Shown: positions 59,087 through 64,000 of the stretch, in pieces
Numbering within the stretch: position 1 is the first letter of the stretch
How the letters are laid out: every line of letters starts with the position of its first letter
Source: Octopus vulgaris
Lineage: Eukaryota
Length of the DNA stretch: 64,000 nt
Direction: 5' to 3'
NCBI GenBank assembly: GCA_951406725.2
Contig: OX597832.1
Location: 25,234,001 to 25,298,000, forward strand
Notes under the pieces: model-generated
The model's input: the letters and a program-made list of their open reading frames with translations, nothing else
The model's database searches: none
Told to the model about the DNA's origin: nothing
Made by a program: the position numbers and the translations under genes

Positions 59087-59116
59087 TTGTATTCATATCA
59101 ATTCATATATATATAT

Positions 59117-59175
<59 letters not shown>

Positions 59176-59178
<3 letters not shown>

Positions 59179-59368
59179 TGAGAATTTACAAAAAAGCACA
59201 AGCAAAAGTCGAAGACGGATGGTGTGTAAACAACAAACCGATGCATTAGTTTAACGCTCGGGAAAGTGAGAAAGTCTTTTACGTTTCGAGCCTACGCTCT
59301 TCGACAGAAAGGAACACAGAAATAAACAGGGAGAGAAAATAGAAAAAGGTTTAGTGGCTAATAATCTA
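59176..59368 (-). mobile_element. ~190 bp dispersed element with a variant hammerhead (59276-59311)
   Basis: cttt-CUGUCGA-A-gagc-gtag-gctc-GAAAC-GUA-aaag. Homologous to 39120-39300 and 55320-55503. Confidence 0.7.
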
Positions 59369-59370
59369 TC

Positions 59371-59513
<143 letters not shown>

Positions 59514-59565
59514 GAGATCGATAGATATGTTTCTTTATTAGCCACACAGGGCTGCACACAAGATC

Positions 59566-59599
<34 letters not shown>

Positions 59600-59651
59600 G
59601 AGATAGATAGATAGATAGATAGAGATAGATAGATAGATAGATAGAGAGATC

Positions 59652-59733
<82 letters not shown>

Positions 59734-59848
59734 GAGAGAGATAGGAAAAATATTAATGCACATTTATTTTAACATGTGCAAATTATTCTATTTCCTCTGG
59801 ACGACATATACACGCGTGTATATATATATATCTATATATAGAGATAAT

Positions 59849-59899
<51 letters not shown>

Positions 59900-59971
59900 G
59901 TGTATATATATATATATACGTATATATATTCATATATACATACATATATAAATATATATATATGTACATAT

Positions 59972-60013
<42 letters not shown>

Positions 60014-60210
60014 TCATACATAGTTACAAACATACACACACACATATTTTGAGTTTGTGTGCGTATGGTTTTTGTCCATGTATAAAATTGTTAGTATGTC
60101 TCTTTACATTTATCGATTTACCTATCTATATATCTATATATCTAAATATCAATTTATCTGTCTGTCTGTATGTCTACCAATTTATTCATCAACCAATCAT
60201 CCATCCATTC

Positions 60211-60297
<87 letters not shown>

Positions 60298-60747
60298 GCT
60301 TGCGTTTATTTTGTTTATGTTCGCCAACAAACGTTCATGCATTTATTTTTCACGAGTCTGACATTTTAGAAATGGCGGATCATCAAAGTGAAAATCTTCG
60401 CTGAATACAAGCAGTCTTCTCTTGCTATGTTCGAAGTTTTTCCTCAAAAAGACTTGGAAATGTCAGCGGAGTTTTAAAGTTTAAAGTTTACTCAGTTACG
60501 AAAACTGTTGTTCTTTTTATACTATGGATGGCCTGACTAACCAAAAATACCTAAACTTCAATATTTCACAATTTTGTATTGATTGAACTGGCTAGATTTA
60601 TAGACTTTTTGTGCAGTTTTCTCTTCATTCGTTCATTGTGTTGCTTCCATATGTAAGACAAATGGATGTACGAGTGTGCGATGGCACGAGTGTCTACCGT
60701 TTTCTTTTCTTTGGCTACATTGCGAATATATCGTAAACTGATATATG

Positions 60748-60810
<63 letters not shown>

Positions 60811-61245
60811 TCATATTCTTTTATTCTTTAATTTATTTCAGTCAGTTTGAATGCGGCCATCCTGGAGCACCACCTTTAGTCGAGCAAATCGACGACCCCC
60901 CAGGACTTATTCTTTGCAAAGCCTAATACTTATTTGTCCCCCCAACATCGCTTGACGACCGATGCTGGTGTGTTTCCGTCCCCGTAACTTAGCGGTTCCA
61001 CAAAGAGACCGACAGAATAAGTACTAGGGTTACACTGACTAAGTCCCGGGGTCGATTTGCTCGATTAAAGTCGGTGCTGCAACATGGCCGCAGTCAAATT
61101 ACTGAAACGAGTAATAAATTTTATTTATTTCAGTCAGTTTGAATGCGGCCATATTGTATGGAGCGGTGTGTGTGACTGCGTGTCCATGTGCGTGCGTGTG
61201 TGTGTGTGTTTGTACGTGCATGCATCTCTGTGTGGCTATATAAAT

Positions 61246-61283
<38 letters not shown>

Positions 61284-61457
61284 TTAGAGAGAGAGAGAGA
61301 GAAAGACAGACCGACAGACAGACAGGTAGATAGATAGATGGATAGGTAGATAGATAAATAGATAGATAGATAAATAAATAGACAGACATACAGACAGACA
61401 GACAGACAGATAGATAGATAGATAGATACATACATACATACATACATACATAAATAA

Positions 61458-61561
<104 letters not shown>

Positions 61562-61750
61562 GTTTCTTTATTGGCCACACAGGGCTGCGCACAGATGGGA
61601 CAAGTTACAAGATAGAGCTTTTCTTTTGGGGGAGAAAAAAAAACATGTCTGCCTGTCTGTACGTGTTTGTGCGCTTGTTACTATATATTGTTTATGCATA
61701 AATAACAAGAGTAACTAATTAACCTGCTGTCAGAAAGGTGGATCTCTTAC

Positions 61751-62003
61751 CTGGTCTAAACAAGACAATTGCTTTGAGACATGTGAATTCCATTGGATCA
61801 ATATTCAGTAACTTAAATCTGCTGAGGATCTCTTTCATATGTTGGATCTCTGCGCACAGTCGAGCTGTCGGTGGACCATTTAGCTCCCCTCCGGGCATTA
61901 ATTCTGGTTCGTGTTCTAGTAATGCCAGCGGAGAAAATGGTACTTCCCACTGAACGAGACTTAGAAGAAATAATTCTCGCCAGCAGTCATTTAGTAGCGC
62001 CAC
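61751..62003 (-). CDS. Internal coding exon of an NR2E-subfamily nuclear receptor (PNR/TLX/dsf-like), ligand-binding domain
   Basis: Translates VALLNDCWRELFLLSLVQW...RFKLLNIDPMEFTCLKAIVLFRP, carrying the LBD motifs 'LL..W.ELFLL' and 'EF.CLKAIVLF.P'. Acceptor tttacag|GTG at 62004/62003; donor G|gtaag at 61751/61750. Length 253 nt, phase 1. Confidence 0.93.
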
Positions 62004-62034
62004 CTGTAAATATAAAGGATTATAAAATAATGTA

Positions 62035-62105
62035 AAGAATTTCAGCGGTGGTGCCCCAGCATGGCCGCGGCCTTCGGACTAAAACATTTTAAAGGATTTT
62101 AAGGA
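62035..62105 (+). mobile_element. Short 5'-truncated SINE tail with a 16 bp TSD
   Basis: ggtgccccagcatggccgc tail flanked by attataaaataatgta at 62019-62034 and 62106-62121. Confidence 0.75.
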
Positions 62106-62154
62106 ATTATAAAATAATGTATATATAAAAATATTATACAAATGTCAATATAAC

Positions 62155-62375
62155 TTAGAAATGCTAGCACGCCGGGGGAAATGCTTTATGTTCTGAGTTC
62201 AAATTCCGCCGAGGTCGACGTTTCCTTTCATTCATTCGGAGTCGATAAATTAAGTACCAGTTGCGTCCTGGGGTCGATGTAATCGACTGGCACCCCCCTC
62301 CCTATAAATTTCGGGCCGTGGGTCTAGAGTAGAAAACATTTCGTCTGTCTTTATGTTCTGAGTTCAAATTCCGTC
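62155..62375 (+). mobile_element. SINE family A copy followed by the start of a second headless unit
   Basis: Family A body, then gtagaaaac-atttcgtctgtctttatgttctgagttcaaattccg. Confidence 0.8.
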
Positions 62376-63054
62376 GCGTGTTTCGATTTTTGAGGGACTT
62401 TTTTTTCCCTAAACGAAAGAGCTGTTCCTACATCCACATTTATATACGCACGTATATCCCCAATCACATATCCGCTTGTTCATTTTCGCCCCTTTCTAAC
62501 ACCTTATTTAAGTAGCCTCATTTTTTTCATTAACCCGCTTTCCTTTTCTCTTTCTTTCTCTCTATCTTTCCACTCAATCCAAAATTTTCCACTCACAATT
62601 CCTCTCGTATCCTTACGCATATTTTCCATGTATTATTTAAAATTTTACCATTTATTTATTTATTTATTTATTTATTTATTCATTTAGTCCTCTTTATCCA
62701 AGGACCCTACGATATAACCCTGTCGCCTACGCGTGCCAAACGGCAATTGCTACTTCCGACCATCAGTGGACAAACCGGAAGTTATTGTCTTCTACAATTA
62801 CGACTCTTGTCTTCTCTCCGTTTCATTGATTTCTTCACCCTTTTCTCGTATTAAATAAATACTGTCTCTCAAGTGAGAGAGAGAAACGGAGAGAGAGAGA
62901 GAGAGAGGAAGGAGAGAGAGAGCGGACGAAGAGAGGGGGGAAGGGAGAGTGTGTCTCTATAATTTCTGTTGATTACGCTTATTTACTTTGTTGAGTTTTG
63001 TTGGTTCTTTTGTTTATTTGTATGTATGTATGTATGTATGTATGTAAGTGCGTG

Positions 63055-63090
<36 letters not shown>

Positions 63091-63117
63091 TGTATGTGCG
63101 TGTATATATGTATATGC

Positions 63118-63148
<31 letters not shown>

Positions 63149-63331
63149 TGTATGTATGTATGTAGGTATGTATGTATGTATGTGCGTGTATATGTGTATA
63201 TGTTTGTGTGTATATATGCTTATAAGCGATTGTGAGTGCGTATGTTTGCATGTACATATATAGTGTACCAATGAATGGCCATGTATCGCCAGTGGTAGTG
63301 TGGTTTTCCAATATTTATATTCTCCTGTTCC

Positions 63332-63387
<56 letters not shown>

Positions 63388-63464
63388 TTATCTGCTTATC
63401 TATGTCTGTCTGTCTCTCTCTCTCTATCTATATATATTTGTATATATTTATATATATTTGTATG

Positions 63465-63544
<80 letters not shown>

Positions 63545-63831
63545 TGTATGTATATATATATACATATATGTATGTATATAAAATTACTTTTTATCGTCAT
63601 CATAATTATTATAATTATTATGATGATTATCTATCCGCGATATTTCCACAAATCAACTCTAATATTTTTACTTGTTAAAAGCCTGGTAGTTATTCTATCG
63701 GTCTTTTGCCGAACCGTTAAGTTACAGGGACATAAAGAAACTAACACCGGTTGCTAAGTGATGGTGGTAGAGACAAACGCGGACACTAAAACACAAGCTC
63801 ACACACACACACACATACACATTCATATATA

Positions 63832-63886
<55 letters not shown>

Positions 63887-64000
63887 GACGGGCTTCCATA
63901 CAGTTTCCATCTGCCCAATTAATTCACAAGGCTTTGTTGTATTCGGTGTGATTTAGTAGAAGACACTGCGCAGTGGTATTAAACAGGAAAGCACTTGCTT

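Overview
This is AT-rich, microsatellite-saturated eukaryotic DNA. Its repeat landscape (tRNA-headed SINEs; (TA)n, (GATA)n, (TATG)n and (TAA)n arrays) is most consistent with an octopus/coleoid cephalopod genome, which is an inference. Nearly all listed ORFs are microsatellite artefacts. The only clear host gene is the last two coding exons of an NR2E-type (PNR/tailless/dissatisfaction-like) nuclear receptor ligand-binding domain on the minus strand (62003-61751, 58622-58375); the upstream exons lie beyond the window. The rest is mobile-element debris: a HERO-like and an R4/Dong-like RLE LINE, RTE fragments, a dead mariner carrying a solo-LTR-like insert, a Helitron-like element and many copies of several SINE families. 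The least expected signals are: (1) many type I hammerhead ribozyme motifs in short, often fold-back, Penelope-like elements, including a tRNA-headed SINE-like unit with a hammerhead tail and a family with a recurrent non-canonical core; (2) SINE multimers that restart at the same internal position; (3) retroelement ends repeatedly embedded in one specific microsatellite class.
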